Shown piece after piece: positions 36,748 to 50,283 of a stretch of 64,000 nucleotides of DNA (position 1 is its first letter; each line of letters opens with the position of its first letter). The translations under genes and the position numbers were made by a program. Origin of the DNA: Eledone cirrhosa (lineage: Eukaryota); NCBI GenBank assembly GCA_964016885.1, contig OZ024743.1:297104001-297168000 (forward strand), in the 5' to 3' direction. The notes under the pieces were generated by a model that saw nothing but the letters and a program-made list of their open reading frames with translations, was not told the DNA's origin and did not search any database.

Positions 36748-36925
36748 CGTACGTTATTCCGGGTTGAATCGGAGGTAACCACAGTAAGTAAGGTACTCAA
36801 TACATTGCAGAGTATAAAAGTTTTAATATAGATGAGATTCTACAGGACTAGAACTGTTTCATTCTTTAGAAATCATCAGGAATCTCAGAATTTCTAAAGA
36901 ATGAAACAGTTCTAGTCCTGTAGAA

Positions 36926-36931
<6 letters not shown>
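36746..36931 (-). mobile_element. Family A fold-back with a complete hammerhead (36833-36887)
   Basis: Minus strand TGAGATTC CTGATGA TTTCTAAAGAAT GAAACAG TTCTAGTC CTGTA GAATCTCA (8-bp stem I). Confidence 0.85.
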
Positions 36932-36997
<66 letters not shown>

Positions 36998-37006
36998 TTA
37001 TATATT

Positions 37007-37036
<30 letters not shown>

Positions 37037-37044
<8 letters not shown>

Positions 37045-37230
37045 TAAAATAACAGATTAAAGTTTAAGCAAAGAAGATCCCGTTAAGGGTGAAAGCAGCG
37101 ATTCTTTGCTTAAACTTTAATCTGTTATTTTAATAAATATTTGCTCTACGGTTCTTAAATATTTGATATATATTTATCCTTATCGAACCCTCTTTGGATT
37201 TTAGTCTTCAAATTTATTATTATTACTTTA
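37037..37230. mobile_element. Family I fold-back (arms 37037-37140) with a truncated hammerhead core in the loop
   Basis: Loop GAAGA TCCC GTTAA GGGT GAAA; relative at 33847-33905 (CAGATGA TCCTACCTAGGGT GAAA..TGCTTGAATTTTTAATCTGT). Confidence 0.6.
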
Positions 37231-37240
37231 TATATATATG

Positions 37241-37273
<33 letters not shown>

Positions 37274-37274
37274 G

Positions 37275-37324
<50 letters not shown>

Positions 37325-38052
37325 TTGATCTAATTTGCAGACATGTATGTATATGCATATACATGAAGTGGAAATACCTTATATGTAACATATAATCATT
37401 AGAATGTGGGAGTTATTTCACAGGAGATCTCTTTTTATTCAGAATGAAATATGACCTTCACTAGCTTGAGGAAGTCACTTGGAATTGGTTTTGGATAACT
37501 TAAATCTCTGATGAATTATGTATGCACACAAATGGAAATGTGTGGGTGTTCTGTTCCAAATTGTGTATAACTCCCACATTCTAATGATGATCAGTAGCTG
37601 CGAAAAAAAACAAATACATACTTTACATTATGAATTGTGTATATTTTATCATGTCACTGGCACTAGAGAGGGGGTCTACAGAAGGACTAAATAATTTCAA
37701 TTATGACTACAACAGCTTTCCCAGAAGAGTTGTTTTCACTGTAGGGCCAATGTCTCCCTCACATAATATATACATAAATATGTATGTATATGTATGTATA
37801 TATATATATATATGTATGTATACGTTTAAATTTGGTGGTTTACCACTGGGTAGAATTGGTCATTCTGCAATGTTAACCATGACCTAATATGAGAAAAGTT
37901 CTCGATGTTATAAAACTTATCCATCTTTGATGCTGAATCATGTTAGGGGTGTGGGAACAGAGTAAATATATTATAAAGTGAAATGACAGGAGGCCAAGTA
38001 TGTTGAATTTTCTTAATTATTTATTTCTGCAAATACTATTTTGCAGATATAT

Positions 38053-38398
<346 letters not shown>

Positions 38399-38412
38399 AT
38401 ATATATATTTAT

Positions 38413-38752
38413 GGAGGCACATGGCTTAGTGGTTAGAGCATTGGACTTGCAATCAAAAGGTTGTGAGTTCAATTCTCAGACCGGGTGATGTGTTGTTTCC
38501 TTGAGCAAGACACTTTATTTCACATTGCTCCAGTTTACTCAGCTGTAGAAATGGGGTCCATATGGGGTCCATATCATTCCACTGCAAAGTGGTCGTGGAG
38601 GTGCCATGGCAAAAAAAGCACCCAGCACTCACTGTAAATGAGGTTGGTGTTAGGAAGGGCATCTAGCTGTAGAAATCAAGCCAGAATCAGTTCCCGTCCC
38701 ACCCTTGCAAGCAGGGAAAAGCAGACGTAAAATGAAATGATGATGATGATGA

Positions 38753-38756
<4 letters not shown>
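38413..38756 (+). mobile_element. Family 1 SINE
   Basis: Full length, as 28544. Confidence 0.92.
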
Positions 38757-38788
<32 letters not shown>

Positions 38789-38799
38789 TTATTGTTTTA

Positions 38800-38950
38800 C
38801 AATCCCAGGAAAGATCCAGAGAAGTAGCTAATAGTTTCTGCTACTTAGGTGATATAATTAGCAGTGGAAGAAGGTGCTGTATGATCATAGTAGCTAGAAT
38901 AGGGAAGGATGGAAGAATTTAGGGAACTGCTACCTCTATTGACAACAAAA
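38800..38950 (+). mobile_element. Short RTE fragment
   Basis: SFCYLGDIISSG motif. Confidence 0.7.
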
Positions 38951-39686
38951 GTGAAGATTAGAAAGAAATACTATACACAAATTAGATTGCTACTTAAAAC
39001 TGAACTAAAAATAAAATGCAAAAAGTAAGGTAATTAGCTTTAATAGTCTAGTGATCCCAGTAGTAAGCTACGTCTTTAATATTCTGAACTGCACACTAAA
39101 AGAACTAGCAAGGATAAACAGAAAAACAAGATAAATAATGACTGCATTTAGAATATACCTTCCAAAATCAGATGTAGAAAGATTATACCTACTACAAACA
39201 CATGGAGGAATGGGCCTTATGCAACTAGATAACTGTTATAAAATAGCTACTGAATGAAGAACAATGTTAATAGAAATAGCTACAAAACATGAACAAAACA
39301 AAGTCTTGTACTCAGTCTTTTAGGAAGCCAATAAATTCAAAGCAGAAACCAGACTAAGATATGAGAAAAATGAGAAACAACAACAGAAATTATGAAAAAC
39401 TTAAAATCTAAACTTAAAACAAACCCCCAGAATGTCATGTTAAAATAATGGCAAGAAAAACCGTTACATGACCAATGCCTGAAAGGGCTAAATAGAGAGG
39501 AAGTAGACAAGCTAAATACACAAACTGGTTATGAAGCACTGGACTAAAAGCTAAGATGGAAGGATTTCTAGTTGCAGCACAAGACCAAAGCCTCCCCACA
39601 AAAAATCACGAGAAGTACATAGTGAAGAAAAACACAGTAAGTAACTGCAGAATATGTGGAGGTGGGGAAAAAATATTTAACCACAT
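38951..39686 (+). mobile_element. Decayed R4/Dong-like (RLE-type) LINE fragment
   Basis: LPKSDVERLYL..HGGMGL, WQEKPLH, GLKAKMEGFLVAAQDQSLPTKN, CRICG...NHI zinc knuckle. Confidence 0.75.
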
Positions 39687-39877
39687 ATATGTATTATCAT
39701 CATCATTTAATATTCACTGTCCCAGATAGGAAGGGTTGGACAAGTCTACATAGATCAAGCCAGTACTTGGAGCTACTGATCTCCCAGACAGGTCAAGGGG
39801 TCTTTATCTTGCTTACATAGTCATATATATATATATGACCTTAATATTGCTGCAGACGAAATTATATATATATATAT

Positions 39878-40223
39878 GGAGGGACATGGTTTAGTGGTTA
39901 GAGCATTGGCCTTGCAATCGAAAGGTTGTGAGTTCAATTCTCAGACCGGGTGATGTGTTGTTTCCTCGAGCAAGACACTTTATTTCACATTGCTCCAGTT
40001 TACTCAGATGTAGAAATGAGATGATAGGACTGGGGTCCCTATCATTCCACTGCAAAGTGGACGTGTAGGCGCCACAGAAAAAAAAGCACCCAGCACTCAC
40101 TGTAAATGAGTTGGTGTTAGGAAGAGCATCCAGCTGTAGAAATCAAGCCAGAATCAGTCCCCATCCCACCCTTGCAAGCAGGGAAAAGCAGACGTAAAAT
40201 GATGATGATGATGATGATGATGA
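39878..40223 (+). mobile_element. Family 1 SINE
   Basis: Full length. Confidence 0.92.
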
Positions 40224-40315
40224 TATATGTAGGAGAGAATACATGAAAAGAACATGCTAAGGAACAATGCAAGTCGTTTACTCCATTGCTTCATTTGATA
40301 TATATATATATATGG

Positions 40316-40645
40316 GGAGGCACATGGCTTAGTGGTTAGAGCATTGGCCTTGCAATCGAAAGGTTGTGAGTTCAATTCTCAGACTGGGTGATGTGTTGTT
40401 TCCTCGAGCAAGACACTTTATTTCACATTGCTCCAGTTTACTCAGCTGTAGAAATGGGATGATAGGACTGGGGTCCCTATCATTTCACTGCAAAGTGGTT
40501 GTGGAGGTGCCACGGCAAAAAAACACCCAGCACTCACTGTAAATGAGGTTGGTGTTAGGAAGGGCATCCAGCTGTAGAAATCAAGCCAGAATCAGTCCCC
40601 GTCCCACCCTTGCAAGCAGGGAAAAAGTGGACGTAAAATGAAATG
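40316..40645 (+). mobile_element. Family 1 SINE
   Basis: Full length. Confidence 0.92.
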
Positions 40646-41269
40646 AAAAAAAATGAATATATGGTGGGTTTCTTTAACAGTTTTTGCTGACCAAATTTAC
40701 ACACTTTACATTGATTGGCCCCAGGCTATAGTGGCAGTCACATGTCCACACAAAATCAAATACATCATACATAAATCACAAACTATACAGACAAAACTAC
40801 ATGTATGCACAGCTATACACATATGCACACATAATTACAAACCACCACATATACAAAACATGTCATCCTCATACTTTTACATCCATGTTCCAGGCCGGTA
40901 TATTTTTAAAGTCACATGGACAATCTGATATATGCATACCTACATATGCACACATACAGGGGAAAACATACATTCATACATATTCACACATAAGCACACT
41001 AGTACAAACAGATATACTGATTTATGCATATTAGCACAGACGCATGCATGCATACAAATACATACTCACAAACACACAGAAGCTCAAACAAGCAGATGCA
41101 CTCACTCTCCAACATGCAAGTGGACACAGTTAGATACACAGAACAGCAGCAAATGCACACATACATATACACAGAAACATTCACACAGTGTTACATACAC
41201 ACACATTGTAGCACACATACACATAGTAGCATACACATAGGGACTCACATATACATACATACACAAACA

Positions 41270-41800
41270 TAACAAACACAAATGTATACACACACACATA
41301 GACATAAGTATTCACACAGTGGCACACACACACACACACACACACGCAAACACACACACATACCAAGAAAAACACACACACGACACAGTCATGCATATAT
41401 ACATACTGACTGAGGCAATCACACACATATATATACACAGATTGAAAATGCACACACGTATACATAAGTATTCACACAGTGATACACACATATAACATAG
41501 TCACACATATATACACACTGACTGAAGGAATCAGACATATATATATATATACACTGACTGGGACAATCACACACATATATGCACACAGATTGAAAACACA
41601 CACACACATATACGTAAGTACTCACACAGTAGCACACACACACACACCACCAAGAAAAACACACACACAACTTAGTCACACATATATACACACTGACTGA
41701 GGCAATCAGACACATATATACACACTGACTGAGGCAATCAGACACATATATACACACTGACTGAGACAATCAGACATATATATACACACAGATTGAAAGA
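41270..41800. repeat. CA-rich minisatellite with a unit of about 30 bp and higher-order repeats
   Basis: CACACTGACTGAGGCAATCAGACACATATATA repeats; CACAGATTGAAA three times. Confidence 0.75.
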
Positions 41801-42395
41801 CACTCAACTAGCAGTAATGATTGAAGTGGGTTTCCTATTATATTTAGCAACATAAATTGCCCATCTAGCCATCCATAGATTTCGATGGCATCACGTTCAT
41901 ATTGAAGGATAGTGGGAATCTGACAAGTGATGAGGCATTATCCATCAAGATGCTATCCATTGATTTACTTCATCTACCTTCATCCTCCCTGCTATTATCT
42001 CCCTTTTCAACTGACACTCTTTCTTTTCTACCACCAACACCACCACCATCTTTGTCATTCTCATTTGACCTACACCTCACTCTCTTCATCTCTATCTTTC
42101 TAACTCTTCTTTTCTGACTCTCTCACAACCCTTTCTCTCTCTTTTCCCTGCCTGTCTTCCTCTGATTCTTCCTCACCTTGACCTCCCCCTCTCTCTTTCT
42201 ATCTTTATTTCACTCTGATTATCTCTTTCTAACTCTGACCGTGTCCTTCCTTTTCCAATGGAACATCCAACACACATATTTTTTCTGATTCACTTTTCCC
42301 TATTTGTTTGTTTGTTTGTTTGTTTGTATGTATGTATGCATGCATGCATGCATGCATGCATGTATTTATAAATGAAAATATGGAAATATATATAT

Positions 42396-42719
42396 CGTCG
42401 TCATTTACATCCGCTTTTTCCCTGCTTGCAAGGGTGGGACGGGAACTGATTCTGGCTTGATTTCTACAGCTGGATGCCCTTCCTAACACCAACCTCATTT
42501 ACAGTGAGTGCTGGGTGCTTTTTTGCCATGGCACCTCCACGACCACTTTTCAGTGGAATGATAGGGATACCAGTCCCTATCATCTCATTTCTACAGCTGA
42601 GTAAACTGGAGCAATGTGAAATAAAGTGTCTTGCTCAAGGAAACAACACATCACCTGGTCTGAGAATTGAACTCACAACCTTTCGATTGCAAGGCCAATG
42701 ATGCTCTAACCACTAAGCC

Positions 42720-42723
<4 letters not shown>
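42396..42723 (-). mobile_element. Family 1 SINE
   Basis: Near full length. Confidence 0.92.
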
Positions 42724-42782
<59 letters not shown>

Positions 42783-43130
42783 CAAGAAGCCAACAGTATT
42801 TCATAATATATATATATAGTGTTACCTCCCCCATGGCTTGGAGGCCATGGATTGGAACTGGTAAAAGAGTAAGAGTGTGTGTATGTATGTGTGTGTGTGT
42901 GTGTGTGTGTGTGCGGGTGTGTGTGTGTGTACATTCATGTGAGTATGCAACATATATATTTAAAGCTGCTCTTCTTTTACACCTTCCTTCTTCATTCTTT
43001 CACTCATTCTTTCTCTCTATCTCTGTCATGTGCCTTTCACTTTCTCTATGTAAGATATACTTTTCTCTTATCTTCGTTCATATATCTACTCCTTTCTCTT
43101 TCTTTCTATCTCCTACAGTATATATATATA

Positions 43131-43322
43131 GGAAGAAGTATGATCCCGACGGCAGAGCTCAAGCCGTTTCGATGGCTATTTCAGTCCAGAAATAGCCGTC
43201 GAAATGGCTTGAGCTCTGCCGTCGGGGTCATACTTCTTCCTATTTCCCACTCTACTACCCTAAGTATTGAGTACTCTGGTGCGTTATGGTCCATCTGGTT
43301 CCTTACCACAATTCCTTTGTTA
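43131..43322. mobile_element. Family B fold-back element
   Basis: Arms 43131-43240 plus tail, flanked by (AT)n. Confidence 0.8.
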
Positions 43323-43495
43323 TATATATATATGCACACACATACGTACACACACACATACACACACACATACATACACACACATATACACACATACACA
43401 CACACACATATGAGGCTTGTTTGCATAATTGCAAACAAATCGAATGTTAATATTAATATTTGAAAAACTCAGATTACATTTATTATATATATATA

Positions 43496-43930
43496 TATAC
43501 AATATATTAACAAATGGAAACTATATTTATAAAACCATATTTATTTTATTATACATATTTCAAGGGCCACCAAGGCAAATTATGGTGCGCTTTCATCAGA
43601 TAAAATGCAATACAGAATTAGTTTTATAAATAAATATTGACATAACCTGAAAAAAGACAACCCTAACAGGAAGCTCCAACCGTTAAGGTTGTCTTTTTTC
43701 AGGGTATGTCAATATTTATTTATAAAACTAATTCTGTATTGTATTTTATCTGATGAAAGCGCACCATAATTTACCTTGGTGGCCCTTGAAATATGTATAA
43801 TAAAATAAATATGGTTTTATAAATATAGTTTCCATTTGTTAATATATTGTATATTTATTCCACTAATCTGTTGAGTGCTTTATATCAGTTATAAACATTT
43901 TAAAGCTTGTTGAATCCCAACAAATTAAAT
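43496..43930. mobile_element. Family C fold-back (about 360-bp inverted repeat plus tail), hammerheads at 43543-43606 (-) and 43743-43806 (+)
   Basis: ATTTTAT CTGATGA AAGCGCACCA TAATTTACCT TGGTGGCCCTT GAAA TATGTA TA ATAAAAT. Confidence 0.85.
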
Positions 43931-44040
43931 ATAACCTCTGTATATATATATATATAGTCTGCAGTGTTGAGACTGGGGAGACCACTAATCATGGGAGTAC
44001 TCAAACCGAAACCGTCTGGCACCACGGTCGGGATTTTACA

Positions 44041-44153
<113 letters not shown>

Positions 44154-44305
44154 TTAAAATGGAGAGAGCCAAGGTTATCAAATTAAGTCCATTATTTAAT
44201 ACCTACAATTGTTTCTATACAGGTGATAATAGTACTTTCATATGTAAACAACAGGTCAATGGGAAATGGTTAATTAATAATTATTTACCCAAAACACCTG
44301 TATGT

Positions 44306-44455
44306 GGTTGATGGCTGAGAGAAAAGAGTACTCAATACCGAAGTAGAGTTCAAATGTTCCTTTTATTAAGGCTAAATAGTGAGTCTTGTTACTCTGGTTG
44401 TCCACCGTGATAGACAGGTGAAACTCCCAGGTAACAAGACTCAATGTTTAGCCTT

Positions 44456-44460
<5 letters not shown>
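44306..44460. mobile_element. Family E fold-back remnant
   Basis: TTATTAAGGCTAAA..GAGTCTTGTTAC / GTAACAAGACTC..TTTAGCCTTAATAA; tail as 14757-14800. Confidence 0.7.
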
Positions 44461-44494
<34 letters not shown>

Positions 44495-44496
<2 letters not shown>

Positions 44497-44683
44497 AACA
44501 AGTATGACCCCGACGGCAGAGCTCAACCCATTTTGACGGCTAATTCTGGACTGAATTAGCCGTCGAAACGGCTTGAGCTCTGCCGTCGGGGTCATACTTG
44601 TTCCTATTACCCACTCTACTACCCTAAGTATTGAGTACTTTGGTGCGTTATGGTCCATCTGGTTCCTTACCACATTTCCTTCG

Positions 44684-44686
<3 letters not shown>
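44495..44686. mobile_element. Family B fold-back element
   Basis: Arms 44495-44604 plus tail, flanked by (AT)n. Confidence 0.8.
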
Positions 44687-44723
<37 letters not shown>

Positions 44724-44764
44724 ATGTTTGCTTTACATGCATATATAATGTTAATCATAATATA

Positions 44765-44865
<101 letters not shown>

Positions 44866-46529
44866 TGTGATAGATCGACGGATAGATAGAAAGATAGGAA
44901 GGGGGTAGATAGATACATAAATGAATAGATGTTTCTGTAATTTTCTGCATGCTACTCACTCTTATTCTACTTCTATTCTTTCTTCTATATATCATGCTCT
45001 TTTTCACGTTTCTCTCTTTCTTCTCCAAACCCTCACCCTCACCCACACTCACACTCACACTCTCACTCTTTTTCCACTTCCCTCAATTACAATCACTTCC
45101 TCTTTCCATTACTTCTGTCCTACCCCCTCCACAATTTTCTGCAACCCTCTACTCCTCTCTCTGCTGCTTCTTATCACCTCTGATTCTACCTCCAGCTTCA
45201 AATTCCATCACTAGTGTCCTCCTTCCTCCACATTTTGCTTCATACCTCTTACCAATACTTCTGCTTCTCCTCCTTCAGTTTAGTACATTGCTTTCAGTCT
45301 CTTTTCTCTCCTATTTCTCATTATTAAATCTCCTTTTCCCTCATATCCACCATTTATCTTCTTCCTGCAATACATTACACAACCCTTTCCATCTCTGACC
45401 CTTCCTTCCTTTCCCAATTTTACTATCCCCCTCTACCTGTCATTTCACTCAAGCACTGCATTTTATTTGCAATTTGATGCTCACTTTCCATGTGCCTTGC
45501 CTTTTCCATCCAACTCAATTTACTACACACATCACATTAGCACACCTGATGCCTCCCCCAATCAATTCACGACACCAACCCCCACTCCTTGTCCTTCCTT
45601 TGCCCAGCAACAAGCAGAATGACAGCCATCCTTCAAATAATCAAATAATTTTGGTCTGACTTGTTTCCTACACATTTAATTAAGGGTCATCACCACAGTA
45701 TATTAGACCTTGATATTTATTACAACAAAAGGCATTTTAAGGCTATTTTCCCTGCCCAAATGGCTATTTCCCCATGACAAGCTTCTCCATTTTGCTCCAA
45801 CTTCTACATTCCTTATTACCAACCCCTGGTTATTATTTCCTCTTCCATTATCTTAATATTTATTTCACACTAACAATAAGAGGTCATTGCCTGAAAACTT
45901 GTGTGCTTTGCTATAACAAGGCCTGTCTTTTCAGCCACTACTAGGCAAAATACCCCTAGTCCTTTTATATCTAATTGCTCTTTCCCCCTTAACCCTATTA
46001 ATACCATATGGTTTTAGGTGGTTTGCTATCAAAATGATTAAATTCTGTTGTAGCACGTGTCATCTTTACCTGCCCCATATTCTGTCGACTCTTGCTGAAA
46101 ATTCTCCTACTAAATATCTACTTTGTTCAGGGATTTGACTGACACCACCCATGATAAGTTTAACGGGAGAGGACCTGTCATAATCTATGTTCACTTTGCC
46201 TGCCATTACTGTTATCACTAACAGTGCAATTGCTTAACCTACTAAAAATAGCAGCCAAATTACTCTCAATTCACACCCAACCATCTTAAAAATAAAGTAT
46301 ACATTGGACAATGCAATTATAAATATACCAAAACACTGCATGGTTATAGTTGGAAAACCTTTGATTAAAGGTCTGCTAAATCATGTCTGACCTGGAGATA
46401 AACAATAGAAAGCTAAATCAACAAAAAAAGGAACAGACTGGACAGTGGAGAATGAAAGCACATGGCTTAGTGGTTAGGGTGTTCAGACCATAATTATAAA
46501 GATCAATGTATCCTTTAGCAAGACACACT

Positions 46530-46930
46530 ACATCTGATTCCTTTATATTCAGGTTTTCTATCAGCTCATCCATGCTTTTTCCTCCACTAACATTGTACAT
46601 CCATCAGAGCCTGCTTGCTTCATTTCTCTCCAGCCTTTGCATATTCTCTGCATTCACTGGCTGTCTCAACTGCCATGTGACGGTACAAAATGCATTCGAG
46701 CATCATACCAGCCTTTCATTCACAGAGAAAATTCTTTTGCTGTTAACTTTTTCCATCCTGTTCTTATTCTTGCTATTATGCTCTTAGAGCAACTTCTTCC
46801 ACTGCTTATTAGATCTCCTATGTAGCAGAAGCTATCAACCACTTCCTGAGATTAGGAAAAGTTTATTTCACTGATGCTATTACTATCAACTATCCCTATG
46901 TATCTGTTACACACCAAGTCTACTTTTTCT
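46530..46930 (-). mobile_element. Decayed RTE fragment
   Basis: Homologous to 16800-17130 (SFCYIGDLISSG). Confidence 0.7.
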
Positions 46931-47799
46931 GTTAGTCTGCCAATATCGTTTAAACCAAGCAGTGACAATTTTATGTCTCTCATAATACATTCCATAGTGT
47001 AGTAATTCAACAAATATATTATCTAAAAAGTCTAAGGTCTGTCTCAAGCCAGGAAGCCCACCAGGCCAGTACTTTTCTCAGTTTCCATGGCATAAAGCAG
47101 CTGAGAGTACAAGACTCCACCTGGACAGGACACCAGTCCATCACAGGGTTAAACCCCCAACTATTGCCGGTGCTCATTTTCAGCTGAGTATATTAGAACA
47201 ACATGAAATGAAATGTTTTGATCAAGATCACAACACACAACCCAGTCTAGGAATCGGACCGATGATATTATGATCATAAGTCCAACACCTTACCACTAGG
47301 CCATGTGCTTCCACTAATATATATTATACTTATAAGTAAAGTATAAGGAGGCACCAGAAAGTGAGTCTAGCTGTTAAAAGATCTGCCTCAATAAATATGA
47401 GAATAGTTGGGACTGAAATGGCTTTGAGCATAAATTTGACTAGGAACTAGACAACAACAATAGTAACATAAACAACAAGACACATTATAATAATAACAAT
47501 AACAGTGAAGAGAAGAAGGTAGAAAGAAAAGAGGGAATAATAATTTTACGTATATCTTTGAACAAATGATAGATTATATGTAGTGCAATGTTGCATGGTA
47601 GTGAGAAGGCTGGAAAGAAACAAAGTAAGCATTCTTCTCAGGGTATGTAACATGTGTGTGCATGAAAAACAAAGTATAGATGAATTGAGAGATAAACTAA
47701 GTATAAGAGGGGTCAGTTATTGTGTGCAAAAGAGAAAACTGTTTGGACATGCATATAAAATGTGTATAGATAATGACAGTTGGATAGATATAATAATAG

Positions 47800-49165
47800 T
47801 AATAATAATAATAATGAAATTATTGTGTACAGTGCTCAGGTGCACTGCAACTCATCAAAGGTCCATGCATAGTACATAGAATAATATACAAATGTCAGGG
47901 AAGTGAATAGTGTATGAGTCATAATATACATGTGTGCGTGTTGTATGGAGGGGGGACATCAGGTGCAGTGTTGGCGAATCTCAGGAAGCATGGGGGTTTT
48001 AAAGGATGCAGTGTCTCGACAGCTAATAACTGATGCAGGTAATTTGTTCCATGCTTCAGCAATTCTGAGTGTGAAAAAATGTTTCTGAAAGTCATGGAAG
48101 CTGTGCTGTTTTCTGACTTTGTGGGCATGCCCACGTGTGTTAGACACATGGAAATCAAAAAGGTACAGGGTTGTTGTTGGCAAGATGGTTAATAATTTTG
48201 TGGGTGTTTACCAAGTCAGTTGCCAGATGTCGGAGCTTCAATGTATCCATGCCCAGGGAAGCAAGGCGTTCAGAGTATGGTAGATGCCTGATGGAGGGTA
48301 TTCGCAAGTTGCACATCTCTGAACAGTTTCCAGGTGGTCAATGTTCTGAGCAAGATAGGGCTTCCAGACTGGTGATGCAAATTCTAAGTGTGACCACACC
48401 TTAGCTATATACAGCTTTAAATAGACAGCTGGAGAGCGGCTGACAAAGGTCTTGCTGAGTGATGCTAAGACACCCTCGGCCTTCTTGACAATTTTAGAGA
48501 CGTGCTTCATCATCATTCATCATCATTTCATTTTATGTCTGCTTTTCCCTGCTTGCAAGGGTGGGACGGGAACTGATTCTGGCTTGATTTCTACAGCTGG
48601 ATGCCCTTCCTAACACCAACCTCATTTACAGTGAGTGATGGGTGCTTTTTTTGCCGTGGCACCTCCACGACCACTTTACAGTGGAATGATAGGGACGCCA
48701 GTCCCTATCATCTCATTTCTACAGCTGAGTAAACTGGAGCAATGTGAAATAAAGTGTCTTGCTCAAGGAAACAACACATCACCCGGTCTGAGAATTGAAC
48801 TCACAACCTTTCGATTGTAAGGCCAATGCTCTAACCACTAAGCCATGTGCCTCCTTCGTCCAATGCAAATTGCTGCTGACCATAATGCCCAGGTCACGTT
48901 CACAAGAAGACTTCTTGATATTAGTGTTGTGGAGAGAGTATGTGGACGCTGGATTTTTACTCCCAAAATGCATGGTGGTACACTTGTCCACAGCTAGCTT
49001 GAGTTGCCAGTCTGTGATCCATTGTTGCATTGTGTCCAGGTCAGATTGCAGGCAAGATCTATAGTGTTCAGGATCTGTCCTTTTTATCTCAAGGTACAGC
49101 TTGATGTCATCTGCCTATTTCAGTACTGTGGCATTCTTTAAGTTGGCATCTATGTCATTAATATG
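47800..49165 (-). mobile_element. 5'-truncated CR1-like LINE interrupted by a SINE
   Basis: KLAVDKCTTMHFG, ERDLG, HLEFASPVW, TRGHAHKV, HFFTLRIAEAWNKLP; (ATT)n tail. Confidence 0.9.
48509..48853 (-). mobile_element. Family 1 SINE inserted in the CR1
   Basis: CTTC on both sides; the CR1 frame HWTK|HVSKIV is restored on removal. Confidence 0.92.
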
Positions 49166-50099
49166 ATGTACCAGGAGTTTCAAATGAAAGGAAGTCACAA
49201 AAAATGATGACATGGAAAACATAAGCAGAAGTGAGGAAAGCTGATCTCTGGATGCTGTAACACACAAACAAGCTGACAAAAGAATTTAATAAATGTTAAG
49301 ACACTCTTTTGAAGATGACCCATCTAACCAGGACTGTCCCCAGACTTTGGTGTTGAGAACATTTTCGATGGGTACTCAAATTTAAGCAACATATTTCAGG
49401 ATATTTTTTTAAATAAAAACTATTCTAAATTTAAAAGTAGGGGACAGTACTATCCAGGGCTTGCCCCTTTCTTGGTGATAGGCTCACATCCAACTCATAC
49501 AAAAATGGAAAAATAGATCTAAAAATAACATGCTAATGATGATGATAATAATGCTGATAATGATGATGACGATGTTGATGATGATGCTGAAGATGATTAC
49601 GATGATGAAAATGATCCAGGGGAAAATAAATAATGCCCTTATTTTCCAATGATTAACTCTCCCTTACTCTATGCACAATCTCTTACCAACCCAAAGGCCA
49701 TATCATTCCTCCCTCCCCTTTATTTGCTGTCTTCTCTTTTGTCAATGATCTGCTGCTTAGTCTGTCGTGAACACTATACACATCATGACAACATTTACAT
49801 CTTACTCTATCTACTAGTTGGGCTTTCACAGTCTATTAACCCTTTTGATATCAAACTGGCTGAAATCCATGCTGGTTCTACAATACAAACTTGTTTTAAA
49901 TGTTTATATTTATCATAAAAAAAACTTTCCATCATTAGTTTATGTAAGAACCTTTGTCATGTTCTAAAAATCAGTTTAACAATAAAGAAGTTAGTTATAT
50001 TACTAAACCTTTCTAAATTTACATTTTCAAAATTATTTGAAAACCACAGATAATGCCTTTCATTAGAAATAGAGTAACACCAGGATTTAGCATTATCAT

Positions 50100-50283
50100 T
50101 TAATAATTGTTTCTACTTTAGGCACAAGGACAGCAATTACCCAGTGCATTACTGGTACTTTATTTTATCGACCCTGTAAGGATGAAAGGTAAAGTCAACT
50201 TCGGTAGGATTTGAACTCAGATCGTAAAGGGACGTAACTATGCTGGAAAGCATGGCGTCTGACACTCTACCGATACTGCCAAT
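50100..50283 (-). mobile_element. Family 2 SINE
   Basis: As 6170-6367. Confidence 0.85.
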
